Origin: Gaiellaceae bacterium
Lineage (GTDB): Bacteria; Actinomycetota; Thermoleophilia; Gaiellales; Gaiellaceae
Length of the DNA: 64,000 nt
NCBI GenBank assembly: GCA_035652255.1
Contig: DASRED010000047.1
Span: 3,695-67,694 of the forward strand
Direction of reading: 5' to 3'
Position 1 is the stretch's first letter. Each line of letters opens with the position of its first letter. Shown here piece after piece: positions 26,621-35,685 of the stretch. Below the pieces are notes generated by a model. That model ran no database searches and was not told the origin of the DNA. It saw nothing but the letters and a program-made list of their open reading frames with translations. A program made the translations under genes and the position numbers.

Positions 26621-27419
26621 GCTCGTGCCTCGTGACCCAGAAGCGCAGGCCGCCGATCGCGAGGAGCAGGACGAACGCCGCGGCGAGGAGGACGATCGCC
26701 ACCGCGGCGGCTCCGGCCGGGTCTCCGTCCTCGACGCGCAGCATCACGAGCACCGAGGCGACCTCCGTGTGGAAGGGCCTGTCTCCGGTGATCAGCACGA
26801 CGGAACCGATCTCTCCGAGCGCGCGGGCGAGAGCGAGGACGACGCCGGAGAGGATGCCGGGCAGGAGATTCGGCAGGACGATGCGGCGGAGGACGGCGAG
26901 CCGGCCGGCGCCGAGCGAGCGAGCCGCCTCCTCCATCTCGACGTCGAGCTCGTGGAGGACCGGCTGGACGGTGCGGATGACGAACGGGAGCGTGACGAAG
27001 CAGAGGGCGAGCACGATCGCGGCGCGCGTGAACGCGACGTCGATCCCGACCGGCGACTGCGGGCCGTAGAGCGCGAGGAGGGTGATCCCGGCGACGATCG
27101 TCGGCAGCGCGAACGGCAGGTCGATGAAGGCGTTCACGAGCGCCTTGCCGCGGAAGTCGTCGCGGACGAGCACCCAGGCCGTGATCGTCCCGAGCACGGC
27201 GTTGACGAGGACGACGATGAAGGCGGTCGCGAAGGTCAGCTTCAGCGCGGCGACCGCCTCGGGGCTCGAGACGACCTGCCAGAACGCGTGCGCGCCGTTC
27301 TGCTTCGACTCCCAGACGAGCGCGGCGAGCGGCAGGACGACGACGACGAGGAGGAACGTCGTGACGGCGCCGACGGCCACCGACGTGCTCGCGCGCCCGC
27401 CGCCTACGCTGCGCGGCAC
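26613..27419 (-). CDS. cysT: sulfate ABC transporter permease
   Basis: 268 aa, about 6 TM segments. EAA-like loop EEAARSLGAGRLAVLRRIVLP. Confidence 0.87.
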   Translation of the reverse strand: MPRSVGGGRASTSVAVGAVTTFLLVVVVLPLAALVWESKQNGAHAFWQVVSSPEAVAALKLTFATAFIVVLVNAVLGTITAWVLVRDDFRGKALVNAFIDLPFALPTIVAGITLLALYGPQSPVGIDVAFTRAAIVLALCFVTLPFVIRTVQPVLHELDVEMEEAARSLGAGRLAVLRRIVLPNLLPGILSGVVLALARALGEIGSVVLITGDRPFHTEVASVLVMLRVEDGDPAGAAAVAIVLLAAAFVLLLAIGGLRFWVTRHERA

Positions 27420-27444
27420 CCTGGCCGCAGACGCTGCGACGGCG

Positions 27445-28455
27445 CTAATGCGTCGGTCCTCCGATTTCCTGCTCGATCCTCACCATCCGGCCGTTGTTCG
27501 GGTCGAACCAGACGCTGTTCACCTTCCGCCAGCCGCCGAAGAGCGGATCGGAGATCCGGAAGACGAGGCGGCGGCCGCTGAAGCGCGCCTTCCACGTCGC
27601 GAGCTTCGGCTTGTTCAGGACGGCCTTGACGACGGGGCGGTAGCCGTTCTCCGCGAAGATCGCCTGCGCGGTCGGCGTGTGCGCGTACTTGATGAACTGC
27701 GCCGCCGCGGCCGGCGCGTGCTCGAGCGGAACCATCGGCAGCTGGATGAGCATCGTCTGCTTCGGGATCACGAGGCCGAGGTGCCTGCCGGCGGCGACCG
27801 CCGCGTACGCCTCGCTCTCGTACGTGATCAGCACGTCGCCCTTGCCGGCGAGGAACGTGTTCATCGCGTTCGCTGCCGAGGAGTCCTGCGAGACGACGTG
27901 GCGGAAGAGGCTCGTGACGTAGGCGGTCGCCCGCTTGTCGTTCAGCCCCGTCTTCCGCATCGCGCCGTAGGCGGCCATGATGTTCCACTTGGCGCTGCCC
28001 GAGCTGAACGGGTTCGGCGTCACGACCTGGACGCCGGGCTTGAGCAGGTCGCTCCAGTTGCGGATGTGCTTCGGGTTGCCGGGCCGGACGACGAAGGCGA
28101 CGACGGAGTCCGCGACGATGCCTCCCGCCGGCAGCGTCTTCGTCCAGTCGTGCTGGACGAGGCCGGCGTCGACGAGCGTGTCGACGTCGAGCGCGTTCGA
28201 GAGCAGGGCGATGTCGGCCGGCTGTCCCGCGGCAATCGCGCGCGCCTGCGAGCCCGACGGGCCGTACGACTGCGTGAACGAGACGCCCTTGCCGGCGGGG
28301 GTCGCCGTCCACTTCGTGATCAGCTGCTGGATGACCGGCTTCGGCGTCGAGAAGGCGACGAGGCTGAGCGTCGTCCCGGTCTGCCTGGCCTGGGCTGCGC
28401 TCGCGCAGACGAGGACGGCAGGGAGGACGAGCACGATGAGAAGGAGTCGACGCAT
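27445..28455 (-). CDS. cysP: sulfate/thiosulfate-binding periplasmic protein
   Basis: 336 aa. Signal peptide MRRLLLIVLVLPAVLVCASAAQA. Sbp/CysP-like sequence throughout, and first gene of the cysTWA operon. Confidence 0.87.
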   Translation of the reverse strand: MRRLLLIVLVLPAVLVCASAAQARQTGTTLSLVAFSTPKPVIQQLITKWTATPAGKGVSFTQSYGPSGSQARAIAAGQPADIALLSNALDVDTLVDAGLVQHDWTKTLPAGGIVADSVVAFVVRPGNPKHIRNWSDLLKPGVQVVTPNPFSSGSAKWNIMAAYGAMRKTGLNDKRATAYVTSLFRHVVSQDSSAANAMNTFLAGKGDVLITYESEAYAAVAAGRHLGLVIPKQTMLIQLPMVPLEHAPAAAAQFIKYAHTPTAQAIFAENGYRPVVKAVLNKPKLATWKARFSGRRLVFRISDPLFGGWRKVNSVWFDPNNGRMVRIEQEIGGPTH

Positions 28456-28554
28456 GGCGGGGCGCTGCCTTTCCTTGGATATCCTACCGATTTACTAGGT
28501 ATTGGCAGTGCTGATTATTGCCATAAGCAGATCGCGAGCGCAAGCGGGAACTCG
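28456..28554 (-). promoter_or_regulatory. AT-rich promoter/operator region of the sulfate uptake operon
   Basis: Locally AT-rich in a very GC-rich genome. Contains the dyad TGGCA-N11-TGCCA (ATTGGCAGTGCTGATTATTGCCAT) and CCTA-N9-TAGG. Lies directly downstream of the Rrf2 regulator gene. Confidence 0.35.
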
Positions 28555-28956
28555 TTAACTCTTTGTGGCGAGATCCGCGAGCGTCGTCTGCTCTAGGACT
28601 CCGCGCATCTGCGCTCTCAGCTCGAGCCAGATCTCGCGCAGCGGCGCGGCCGGGCCGGCGTACTCGAGCTCGTCGGGACGCACGCCGCGCACCGTTGCGA
28701 TCGGGCCTTCGAGCTCGCGGATGACCTCCGCGATCGAGATCTCCGCCGCGGGACGCGCCAGCCGGTAGCCGCCCTCGGCGCCGCGCTGGCTCGCGACGAG
28801 CCCCGCGCTGCGGAGCTGGGCGAGGATGCTCTCGAGGAACTTCGGCGGGATCTTCTGCGCCGTCGCGAGCTGCTCGGCCGTCATCAGGCCGTCAGAGTGC
28901 GCCGCGAGCTCCACGAGCGCGCGGAGCGCGTAGTCGACCTTTGCCGAGACACGCAT
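28555..28956 (-). CDS. Rrf2-family transcriptional regulator (CymR/IscR-like)
   Basis: 133 aa. MRVSAKVDYALRALVELAAH winged-helix N-terminus typical of Rrf2. Confidence 0.85.
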   Translation of the reverse strand: MRVSAKVDYALRALVELAAHSDGLMTAEQLATAQKIPPKFLESILAQLRSAGLVASQRGAEGGYRLARPAAEISIAEVIRELEGPIATVRGVRPDELEYAGPAAPLREIWLELRAQMRGVLEQTTLADLATKS

Positions 28957-28974
28957 ACCGCATTCTTGCCGTCC

Positions 28975-29814
28975 TCAGCTGCGCGGATGCGCGCGGTCGT
29001 ACGCGCGGCGGAGGTGGCGTGGGTCGACGTGGCTGTACACCTGCGTCGTCGAGAGGGAGCTGTGGCCGAGCAGCTCCTGGATCGTCCGGAGGTCGGCGCC
29101 GCCTTCGAGGAGATGCGTCGCGAAGGCGTGGCGCAGCCGGTGCGGGTGGGGGACGACCCGGCGCAGCGTGCTCGTGTCGAGCCGGCGGCCGCGCGCGGAG
29201 ACGAACAGCGCGTCGTTCGCTCCTCTCGCGAGCTCGGGACGCGCCTCCCGCAGGTAGCGGGCGATCCAGAGCGCCGCCTCCTCGCCGAGCGGCACGACGC
29301 GATCCTTGCCGCCCTTGCCCTTCCGGACGTGGACGAGCTCCTGCTCGAAGTCGACGTCGCCGAGGTCGAGCCCGACCGCCTCGGAGCTGCGCAGGCCGGC
29401 CGAGTAGACGAGCTCGACGAGGGCGCGGTTACGGAGAGGGACCGGGCCTTCGCCCTCGAGCGACGCGAGCGTCTGATCGACCTCGGCCTTGGTGGGCGCA
29501 TCGGGGAGACGGCGCGGCCGGCGGGGCGCGAGGCGGCCGTCGGGGACGCGCTCCGGCCCGAGCGCGTGCCGGAGAAACGCACGGACGGCCGCGAGCTTGC
29601 GCGAGATCGTCGCCGGCGCGAGCTTCCGCGACCGCCGTCCGCCGAGCGACGCGACGTAGTCGGCGAGCACGCGGACGTCCACCTGCGCGAGATCGACGCG
29701 CTGCTCCTCGAGCCAGTCGCAGAATTCGTTCACGTCGCCGCGGTAGGCGCGCCGCGTCCCCTCGCTGAGCGCGGGCGAGGCGAGGAAGCGGTCGGCTGCC
29801 GCGCGTGCGTCCAC
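28975..29814 (-). CDS. xerC: tyrosine recombinase XerC
   Basis: Within track ORF 28975..30033. Start placed at GTG (VDARAAADRF) so it does not overlap the divergent sdhA. HRLRHAFATHLLEGGADLRTIQELLGHSSLSTTQVYSHV. Confidence 0.8.
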   Translation of the reverse strand: MDARAAADRFLASPALSEGTRRAYRGDVNEFCDWLEEQRVDLAQVDVRVLADYVASLGGRRSRKLAPATISRKLAAVRAFLRHALGPERVPDGRLAPRRPRRLPDAPTKAEVDQTLASLEGEGPVPLRNRALVELVYSAGLRSSEAVGLDLGDVDFEQELVHVRKGKGGKDRVVPLGEEAALWIARYLREARPELARGANDALFVSARGRRLDTSTLRRVVPHPHRLRHAFATHLLEGGADLRTIQELLGHSSLSTTQVYSHVDPRHLRRAYDRAHPRS

Positions 29815-29866
29815 GAGGGACGGTTCCCCGGCCTCGCTCGCTTCCCTTCCGCTAGCGTCATTCCTC

Positions 29867-31549
29867 GTGATCGCGAAGCACGACGTGCTCGTCGTCGGAG
29901 CCGGCTGCGCAGGGATGCGCGCCGCGATCGAGGCCTTCGACGCCGGCGCGGACGTCGCGATGATCTCGAAGATCCACCCGACCCGCTCCCACTCCGGAGC
30001 GGCCGAGGGAGGGATCAACGCGGCGCTCGGCAACGCCGCCGACGACAGCCCCGAGATCCACGCCTACGACACCGTCAAGGGCTCCGACTACATCGGCGAC
30101 CAGGACGCGATCGAGCTGTTCGCGGAGGAGGCACCGGGCGACATCCTCCAGCTCGAGCACTGGGGCGCCGTCTTCTCCCGCCGCGACGACGGCAAGCTCG
30201 CGCAGCGCCCCTTCGGCGCAGCCGGCTCGCCGCGCACGGTCTTCGCCGCGGACATCACCGGCCACGTCCTGATCCAGGTGCTCTGGGAGCAGGTCTGCAA
30301 GCGCGACATCCCGGTCTACGAGGAGTTCTTCGCCTGGCAGCTCGTCGAGAACGACGGCCGCTGCCAGGGCGTCGTCTGCTGGGACCTCCTCAACGGCGGC
30401 CTGAAGACCGTCGGCGGCAAGACCGTCGTGCTGGCAACCGGCGGCGCCGGCCGGCAGTACCGCGTCACGACGAACGCGTACGCCTGCACCGGCGACGGGA
30501 TGGCGATGGCGCTCCATCTCGGCCTGCCGCTCAAGGACATGGAGTTCATGCAGTTCCACCCGACGACGCTCTACCCGACCGGGATCCTCCTCACGGAGGG
30601 CTGCCGGGGCGAGGGCGCGTACCTCATCAACAAGGACGGCGAGCGCTTCATGAAGCGCTACGCGCCCAACGCGCTCGAGCTTGCCTCGCGCGACGTCGTC
30701 TCCCGTTCCGAGCAGACGGAGATCGACGAGGGTCGCGGCATCGACGGCAGCGTGATGCTCGACATGCGCCATCTCGGCGCCGAGCGCATCCTCGACCGGC
30801 TGCCGGGCTCGCGCGAGCTGTCGATGGTCTACGCGGGGATCGACCCGATCTACGACCCCGTCCCCGTCCGGCCCGGAGCGCACTACCACATGGGCGGCGT
30901 CTCGACCGACAACGACGGCGCGACCGAGCTGACGGGTCTCTACGCCGCCGGCGAGTGCGCGTGCGTCTCCATCCACGGCGCGAACCGCCTCGGCGGCAAC
31001 TCGCTCATGGAGACGATCACGTTCGGCCGCCGCGCCGGGCTCGCCGCCGCGGAGTGGGCGCTCGCGAACACGACCGTCGACGTGCCGGAGTCGGCCGAGC
31101 GGGACGTCGAGGCGAAGCTCAAGGAGCTCCTCGAGCGCGAGGACGGCGAGCGTCCCTGGAAGCTCCGGGAGGAGCTCGGGACGTCGATGCTCGAGAACTT
31201 CGCCGTCTTCCGCCGTGAGGAGCAGATGGCGAACCAGATCGAGATCATCGAGGGCCTCCGCGAGCGCTATCGCAACGTCGTGATCGAGGACAAGGGCGAC
31301 GTCTTCAACAGCGACCTCACCCAGGCCATCGAGCTCGGGAACATGCTCGACACGGCGCTCTGCATGGTCACCGCCGGGCTCGCCCGCAAGGAGAGCCGCG
31401 GCGCGCACGCGCGGCCGCACGACTACCCGACGCGCGACGACGAGAACTTCCTCCACCACTCGATCACACGCTGGAAGGACGACGGCGTCGAGCTCACGAC
31501 GGCCGACGTCCGGTTCACGAAGTGGGAGCCCCAGGAGAGGAAGTACTGA
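29867..31549 (+). CDS. sdhA: succinate dehydrogenase/fumarate reductase flavoprotein subunit
   Basis: 560 aa. VVGAGCAGMRAA, covalent-FAD His context TRSHSGAAEGG, and HYHMGG. Confidence 0.92.
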   Translation: MIAKHDVLVVGAGCAGMRAAIEAFDAGADVAMISKIHPTRSHSGAAEGGINAALGNAADDSPEIHAYDTVKGSDYIGDQDAIELFAEEAPGDILQLEHWGAVFSRRDDGKLAQRPFGAAGSPRTVFAADITGHVLIQVLWEQVCKRDIPVYEEFFAWQLVENDGRCQGVVCWDLLNGGLKTVGGKTVVLATGGAGRQYRVTTNAYACTGDGMAMALHLGLPLKDMEFMQFHPTTLYPTGILLTEGCRGEGAYLINKDGERFMKRYAPNALELASRDVVSRSEQTEIDEGRGIDGSVMLDMRHLGAERILDRLPGSRELSMVYAGIDPIYDPVPVRPGAHYHMGGVSTDNDGATELTGLYAAGECACVSIHGANRLGGNSLMETITFGRRAGLAAAEWALANTTVDVPESAERDVEAKLKELLEREDGERPWKLREELGTSMLENFAVFRREEQMANQIEIIEGLRERYRNVVIEDKGDVFNSDLTQAIELGNMLDTALCMVTAGLARKESRGAHARPHDYPTRDDENFLHHSITRWKDDGVELTTADVRFTKWEPQERKY

Positions 31550-32649
31550 TGCAGGTCGCCCTGAAGATCTGGCGCTACGACTCCAAGTCAGGTGAGCGCG
31601 CGCTGCGCGAGTACGAGATCGAGGCGCCCGACGAGGCGACGCTGCTCGACTGCCTCGACATCGTCAAGGACAAGCACGACGGCTCGCTCGCGTACCGCAA
31701 GAGCTGCCGGATGATGATCTGCGGCTCGTGCGGGATGCGGATGGACGGCGCCGCCGTCCTCGCCTGCAAGACGCGGATGTACGACATCGCGCAGGAGGGC
31801 CGCGTCCCGACGATCTCCGCGATGGGGAACCTCCCGATCGTCAAGGACCTCGTCGTCGACATGGATCCCTTCTGGGAGAAGTTCAAGGCGATGAAGCCGT
31901 GGCTGCAGCCGGGCTACGAGCAGCCGGAGGACGGGCGCGAGTACCGGATCTCGCAGGAGCGGATGAACGTCATCCACAAGGAGTCGCTCTGCATCAACTG
32001 CGGCTGCTGCGTCTCCGAGTGCAACGCGATGGAGTCCGATCCCGAGTTCCTCGGGCCGCAGGCGCTCGCGAAGGGGATGCGCTTCGTGGGCGACCCGCGT
32101 GACGCGGCGATCGTCGAGCGGCTCGAGCAGTACAACCAGGAGCACGGGATCTGGGACTGCACGCGCTGCTACTTCTGCAACGAGCGCTGCCCGAAGGGCG
32201 TCGACCCGCGCGACGCGATCGCGAAGCTCGGCGCCGAGTCGATCCGGCTCGGCATCGACCGCGACATGGGCGCGAAGCACGCGAAGTGGTTCGTCCGCTC
32301 GGCGGAGACGACCGGCTGGCTCCGCGAGGAGGAGCTGATCCCGAAGACGCAGGGCTACGTCTCCGCGATCAAGCAGCTCAAGTTCGGCATGTCGCTGGCG
32401 CGGCACGGCAAGGTCCGCCCGATCCCGTTCCCGCACACCGCGAAGGACGTCGGCGAGGCGCGCAACCTCCGCAAGCTGATCCGCGACCAGGATCGCGCGG
32501 GCGCGCTCGGGCACGTCCAGGGGGAGAAGGCGCTCGAGCGTCTCTCCCACGGGCACGCGATCGGCGGCGACCTGGAGGAGATCTACGCGCGGCCGAACGC
32601 CGCGCCGAGACCATGGCTACCCGAAGTGGAGGAGGAAGCGTCAGCGTGA
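31549..32649 (+). CDS. sdhB: succinate dehydrogenase iron-sulfur subunit with a C-terminal extension of about 115 aa
   Basis: 366 aa, TGATG coupling to sdhA. 2Fe-2S CRMMICGSCG...C, CINCGCCVSEC, and a third motif CTRCYFCNERCP carrying an extra Cys. Confidence 0.88.
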   Translation: MQVALKIWRYDSKSGERALREYEIEAPDEATLLDCLDIVKDKHDGSLAYRKSCRMMICGSCGMRMDGAAVLACKTRMYDIAQEGRVPTISAMGNLPIVKDLVVDMDPFWEKFKAMKPWLQPGYEQPEDGREYRISQERMNVIHKESLCINCGCCVSECNAMESDPEFLGPQALAKGMRFVGDPRDAAIVERLEQYNQEHGIWDCTRCYFCNERCPKGVDPRDAIAKLGAESIRLGIDRDMGAKHAKWFVRSAETTGWLREEELIPKTQGYVSAIKQLKFGMSLARHGKVRPIPFPHTAKDVGEARNLRKLIRDQDRAGALGHVQGEKALERLSHGHAIGGDLEEIYARPNAAPRPWLPEVEEEASA

Positions 32650-33551
32650 GCACGACCGAGACTGCGACGAAGCGCGTCGCCTACTACAAGGGCTGCCTCG
32701 CCTCGCTCTCGGCGAAGGAGCTCGACACGTCGACGAAGGCGCTCGCGCCGCAGGTCGGGCTCGAGCTCGTCGAGCTCGAGTCGGTGACGTGCTGCGGCGC
32801 CGGCGACATCCACGAGGCGGAGCCGGACTACTACCTCCACCTCAACGCGCGGATCCTCGCCTACGCGGAGGCGACCGGCTGCGACACGCTGATGACGGTC
32901 TGCAACGTCTGCACGCTCAACCTCCGGCAGGCGAACCACATGCTGCAGGGAGACTCCGAGCTGCTCGCCCGCATCAACGAGAACCTCGTCACGGTCGGCG
33001 TGCCGCCGTACTCCGGCAACGTCGAGGTGCGGCACTTCCTCTGGGAGATCGCGGAAGGGGAGGGCTACGAGCGCCTGAAGGGCGCCGCGCACAAGGGGCT
33101 GAAGGGGCTCAAGGTCGCGCCCTTCTACGGCTGTCAGATCCTCCGCCCGTCGAAGATCATGGGCTTCGAGGATCCCGACCGGCCGTGGTCGCTCGAGCGG
33201 ATCATCGAGGCGTGCGGCGGGCAGGCCATCGACTACCCGGCGAAGATCAAGTGCTGCGGCTTCCCGATCATCGCGGCGCGCGAGGAGACGGCGCTCGGCG
33301 AGGTCATCCAGCCGATCGAGCAGGCGATCGAGGCCGGCGCGGACGTGATGGTCACGCCGTGCCCGCTCTGCCACCTCTCGCTCGACGCGTGGCAGCAGAA
33401 GCTCGAGGCGTCGACCGGACGGAAGTTCGCGATGCCGATCCTCCACCTCGCGCAGCTCGTCGGCGTCGCGGCCGGCCTCGAGGAATCGGAGCTGAAGTTC
33501 AAGCGCCACATCGTCGATCCGCGGCCGGCACTCGCACGCCTGGAAGTCTGA
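32646..33551 (+). CDS. HdrB-like CCG-domain subunit of a non-classical (type E) succinate:quinone oxidoreductase
   Basis: GTG start 8 nt after GGAGGAGGAAG, with GTGA overlap with sdhB. Two CCG domains (VTCCGAG ... CNVCTLN, and KCCGFP ... CPLCHLS). Confidence 0.8.
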   Translation: MSTTETATKRVAYYKGCLASLSAKELDTSTKALAPQVGLELVELESVTCCGAGDIHEAEPDYYLHLNARILAYAEATGCDTLMTVCNVCTLNLRQANHMLQGDSELLARINENLVTVGVPPYSGNVEVRHFLWEIAEGEGYERLKGAAHKGLKGLKVAPFYGCQILRPSKIMGFEDPDRPWSLERIIEACGGQAIDYPAKIKCCGFPIIAAREETALGEVIQPIEQAIEAGADVMVTPCPLCHLSLDAWQQKLEASTGRKFAMPILHLAQLVGVAAGLEESELKFKRHIVDPRPALARLEV

Positions 33552-34369
33552 AGACCGTCGGCGCGCTCGCGGGCGCGGCCCTCGGCTGGGGCGCGTTCGA
33601 GGCGAGCTGGGTCCGGCTTCGCGAGCTCGAGGTCGAGGTGCCGGGGTTGCCGGAGGAGCTCGACGGGCTCCGGATCGCGCACCTCTCGGACTTCCACCTC
33701 GGCGTTCCCTCGCCGGGGCTCGGCGCGACTTGGCGAGCCGTCGAGTGGGTCAAGGAGCGGCGGCCGGATCTCGTCGCCATCACGGGTGACCTCCTCACGC
33801 ATCCGCGCGGCGAGGCGATGCTGCGCCGCGTCATCCGCGTCCTGCCGGAGCCGGTCTTCGCCGTGCTCGGCAACCACGACATCGCGATCAGCCGCGACCC
33901 GCAGGCGCGGAAGTCGGATCTGCAGGAGCTCGGCTCGGCGATGCTGCTCCGCGACGAGGCGCGCATGGGGGAGATGCGCGGCCTGAACGTCTGGATCGCG
34001 GGCGCAGATCCGAGGCTGATCCTGCGAGGCCGGCCGCGCCGCGACCCGAACGACCTCGCCGCGCCGCCGGAGGCCGGCGCGGACTTCTCGATCCTCCTCT
34101 GCCACTACCCACGCGTCCTCGACGTTCTCGAGCCGGGCAAGTTCGACCTCGTCCTCTCCGGCCACCTCCACGACGGGCAGATCTGCCTGCCGTATCCGGG
34201 CGGCAAGGTGGCGCTCGCGCACCCGACGGCGCCCTACACCTCCGGTGTCTATCGCTCGCCGGCGGCCACGATGCACGTCTCGGCCGGCCTCGGCACGACG
34301 TTCGTCCCGTTCCGCTTCGCGGCCCGTCCGGAGGCGACGGAGCTCGTGCTCAGGCCGGCGGTACGCTGA
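33548..34369 (+). CDS. metallophosphoesterase (YkuE-like)
   Basis: SDFHLG, ITGDLL, LGNHD and SGHLH motifs. Start uncertain: in-frame CTG at 33548 (CTGA overlap with the upstream stop) or GTG at 33638. Confidence 0.7.
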   Translation: MKTVGALAGAALGWGAFEASWVRLRELEVEVPGLPEELDGLRIAHLSDFHLGVPSPGLGATWRAVEWVKERRPDLVAITGDLLTHPRGEAMLRRVIRVLPEPVFAVLGNHDIAISRDPQARKSDLQELGSAMLLRDEARMGEMRGLNVWIAGADPRLILRGRPRRDPNDLAAPPEAGADFSILLCHYPRVLDVLEPGKFDLVLSGHLHDGQICLPYPGGKVALAHPTAPYTSGVYRSPAATMHVSAGLGTTFVPFRFAARPEATELVLRPAVR

Positions 34370-34373
34370 CCGC

Positions 34374-34673
34374 GTGGCCAACCAGGCCTCGATCTCGACC
34401 GACATCCTCGCCCGCTACGCCGCCGACGCGGCGCGGGAGGTCGAGGGCGTCCGCCGCGTCGTCGACCGCCCGATCCCCGGCCGCCGCGGCGTCCGCGTCG
34501 CCGGGAAGGACGGTTCCGTCCGGGTCGAGCTCCACGTCGTCGCGGAGTGGGGCGCGTCGCTGCCGGCGGTCGGCGCCCGCGTCCAGAAGCGCGTGCGCGA
34601 CTACCTCGGCAGCATGGCCGACGTCGAGCCGGCGAGCGTCGACGTCGTCGTCGACTCGGTGGAGGAGACATGA
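34374..34673 (+). CDS. Asp23/Gls24-family envelope stress protein
   Basis: 99 aa from a GTG start. ISTDILARYAADAAREVEGV is a typical Asp23 N-terminus. Confidence 0.72.
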   Translation: MANQASISTDILARYAADAAREVEGVRRVVDRPIPGRRGVRVAGKDGSVRVELHVVAEWGASLPAVGARVQKRVRDYLGSMADVEPASVDVVVDSVEET

Positions 34674-35284
34674 CCCGGATCGCCGGCCTCACGGGCGCGA
34701 CGCTCGATACCGCGCCGGCCGTCTGCCACGAGTGCATCTGGTGGCAGACCCGCAGCGGGCGGAGCATCGACAAGCGGAAGTGGATCCGCGAGGCCGAGGA
34801 CGACTGGGGCGCCTGGGGAACCGTCTATCACGACGAGGAGGGCCGTCTGCTCGGCTCGATGCAGTACGGGCCGGCCGACCTGTTCCCGCGCGCCCGCGAG
34901 TTGCCGGCCGGGCCGGCGAGCCCCGACGCGGCGCTCGTCACCTGCGCGTACCTCACCGACCCGGCCCGGCCGTGGGTCATGCAGTCGCTGTTCCTCACGG
35001 CGATCGGCGACGTGCGCGAGCGAGGCGTCCGCGCGCTCGAGGCGTTCGCGTACCGCTATCCGGAGGGAGCGCCGAACTTCGAGCGCTTCCACGTCCACCG
35101 GACGATCTTCCCCGCCGACTTCCTCGCCGACTTCGGCTTCCTGCCGGTGCGCGCGCAGGGGCGCGTCGAGCTGGCGCGGCTCGAGCTCGGCGGGCTGCAG
35201 CCGGTGGAGGAGGGCGCGCGGGAGAAGGTGCTCCAGGTCGTCCGCGAGGCGTTCCTGCCCGCGCCGGCGCCGCAGCGTCCCTGA
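34670..35284 (+). CDS. hypothetical protein (possible GNAT-like fold)
   Basis: 204 aa. ATGA overlap with the Asp23 gene. High third-position G+C. No confident domain assignment. Confidence 0.6.
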   Translation: MTRIAGLTGATLDTAPAVCHECIWWQTRSGRSIDKRKWIREAEDDWGAWGTVYHDEEGRLLGSMQYGPADLFPRARELPAGPASPDAALVTCAYLTDPARPWVMQSLFLTAIGDVRERGVRALEAFAYRYPEGAPNFERFHVHRTIFPADFLADFGFLPVRAQGRVELARLELGGLQPVEEGAREKVLQVVREAFLPAPAPQRP

Positions 35285-35289
35285 CGGCC

Positions 35290-35404
35290 GGGAACGGCCG
35301 AAACGCGCTCGGGTGCTAGGCTCGCCCGACTATCGAGCGAGTACCGGGTGCGCGACGTGCGCTTCCTCTGCCCGTTCCTGAGTAGCAGAGGAGGTGTTTC
35401 ATCT
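35290..35404 (+). promoter_or_regulatory. promoter and 5' UTR of cspA
   Basis: 115-nt non-coding stretch ending in AGAGGAGGTGTTTCATCTATG. Cold-shock genes typically carry structured 5' UTRs. No specific motif verified. Confidence 0.3.
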
Positions 35405-35614
35405 ATGGCAACCGGAACCGTGAAGTGGTTCAACGCCGACAAGGGGTATGGGTTCATCACTCCCGACGACGGCGGCAAGGACCTGTTCGTCCACCACAGC
35501 GCGATCCTCGGCGACGGCTACAAGACGCTCGCCGAGAACGCGAAGGTGCAGTACGAGCCCGGACAGGGCGAGAAGGGGCCGCAGGCGACGAACGTCGAGC
35601 TGGCGTCCGCCTAG
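35405..35614 (+). CDS. cspA: cold-shock protein
   Basis: 69 aa. RNP1 KGYGFI, RNP2 DLFVHHS, and [23 protein letters not shown]. Confidence 0.94.
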   Translation: MATGTVKWFNADKGYGFITPDDGGKDLFVHHSAILGDGYKTLAENAKVQYEPGQGEKGPQATNVELASA

Positions 35615-35626
35615 TTCCGAGCAACC

Positions 35627-35655
35627 GGACGCGGCGTCCCGCGGGCGCCGCGTCC
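35627..35655 (+). terminator. GC-rich hairpin downstream of cspA
   Basis: GGACGCGGCG-loop-CGCCGCGTCC, a 10-bp perfect stem. No clear U-tract. Confidence 0.4.
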
Positions 35656-35685
35656 GCTGCTCGACCGACAGAGAGGAGCGGACCT

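Noticed and set aside
23920-29814. xerC and xerD as phage or ICE integrases marking a mobile island
   Set aside because: Both carry Xer-type signatures rather than phage-integrase features. The intervening genes are an ordinary sulfate uptake operon with host-like composition. There is no tRNA, and no att-like direct repeats or phage genes were seen.
28897-31218. 773-aa plus-strand ORF spanning xerC antisense and sdhA in an alternate frame
   Set aside because: Arg/Asp/Gly-rich shadow ORF. It conflicts with two motif-supported genes.
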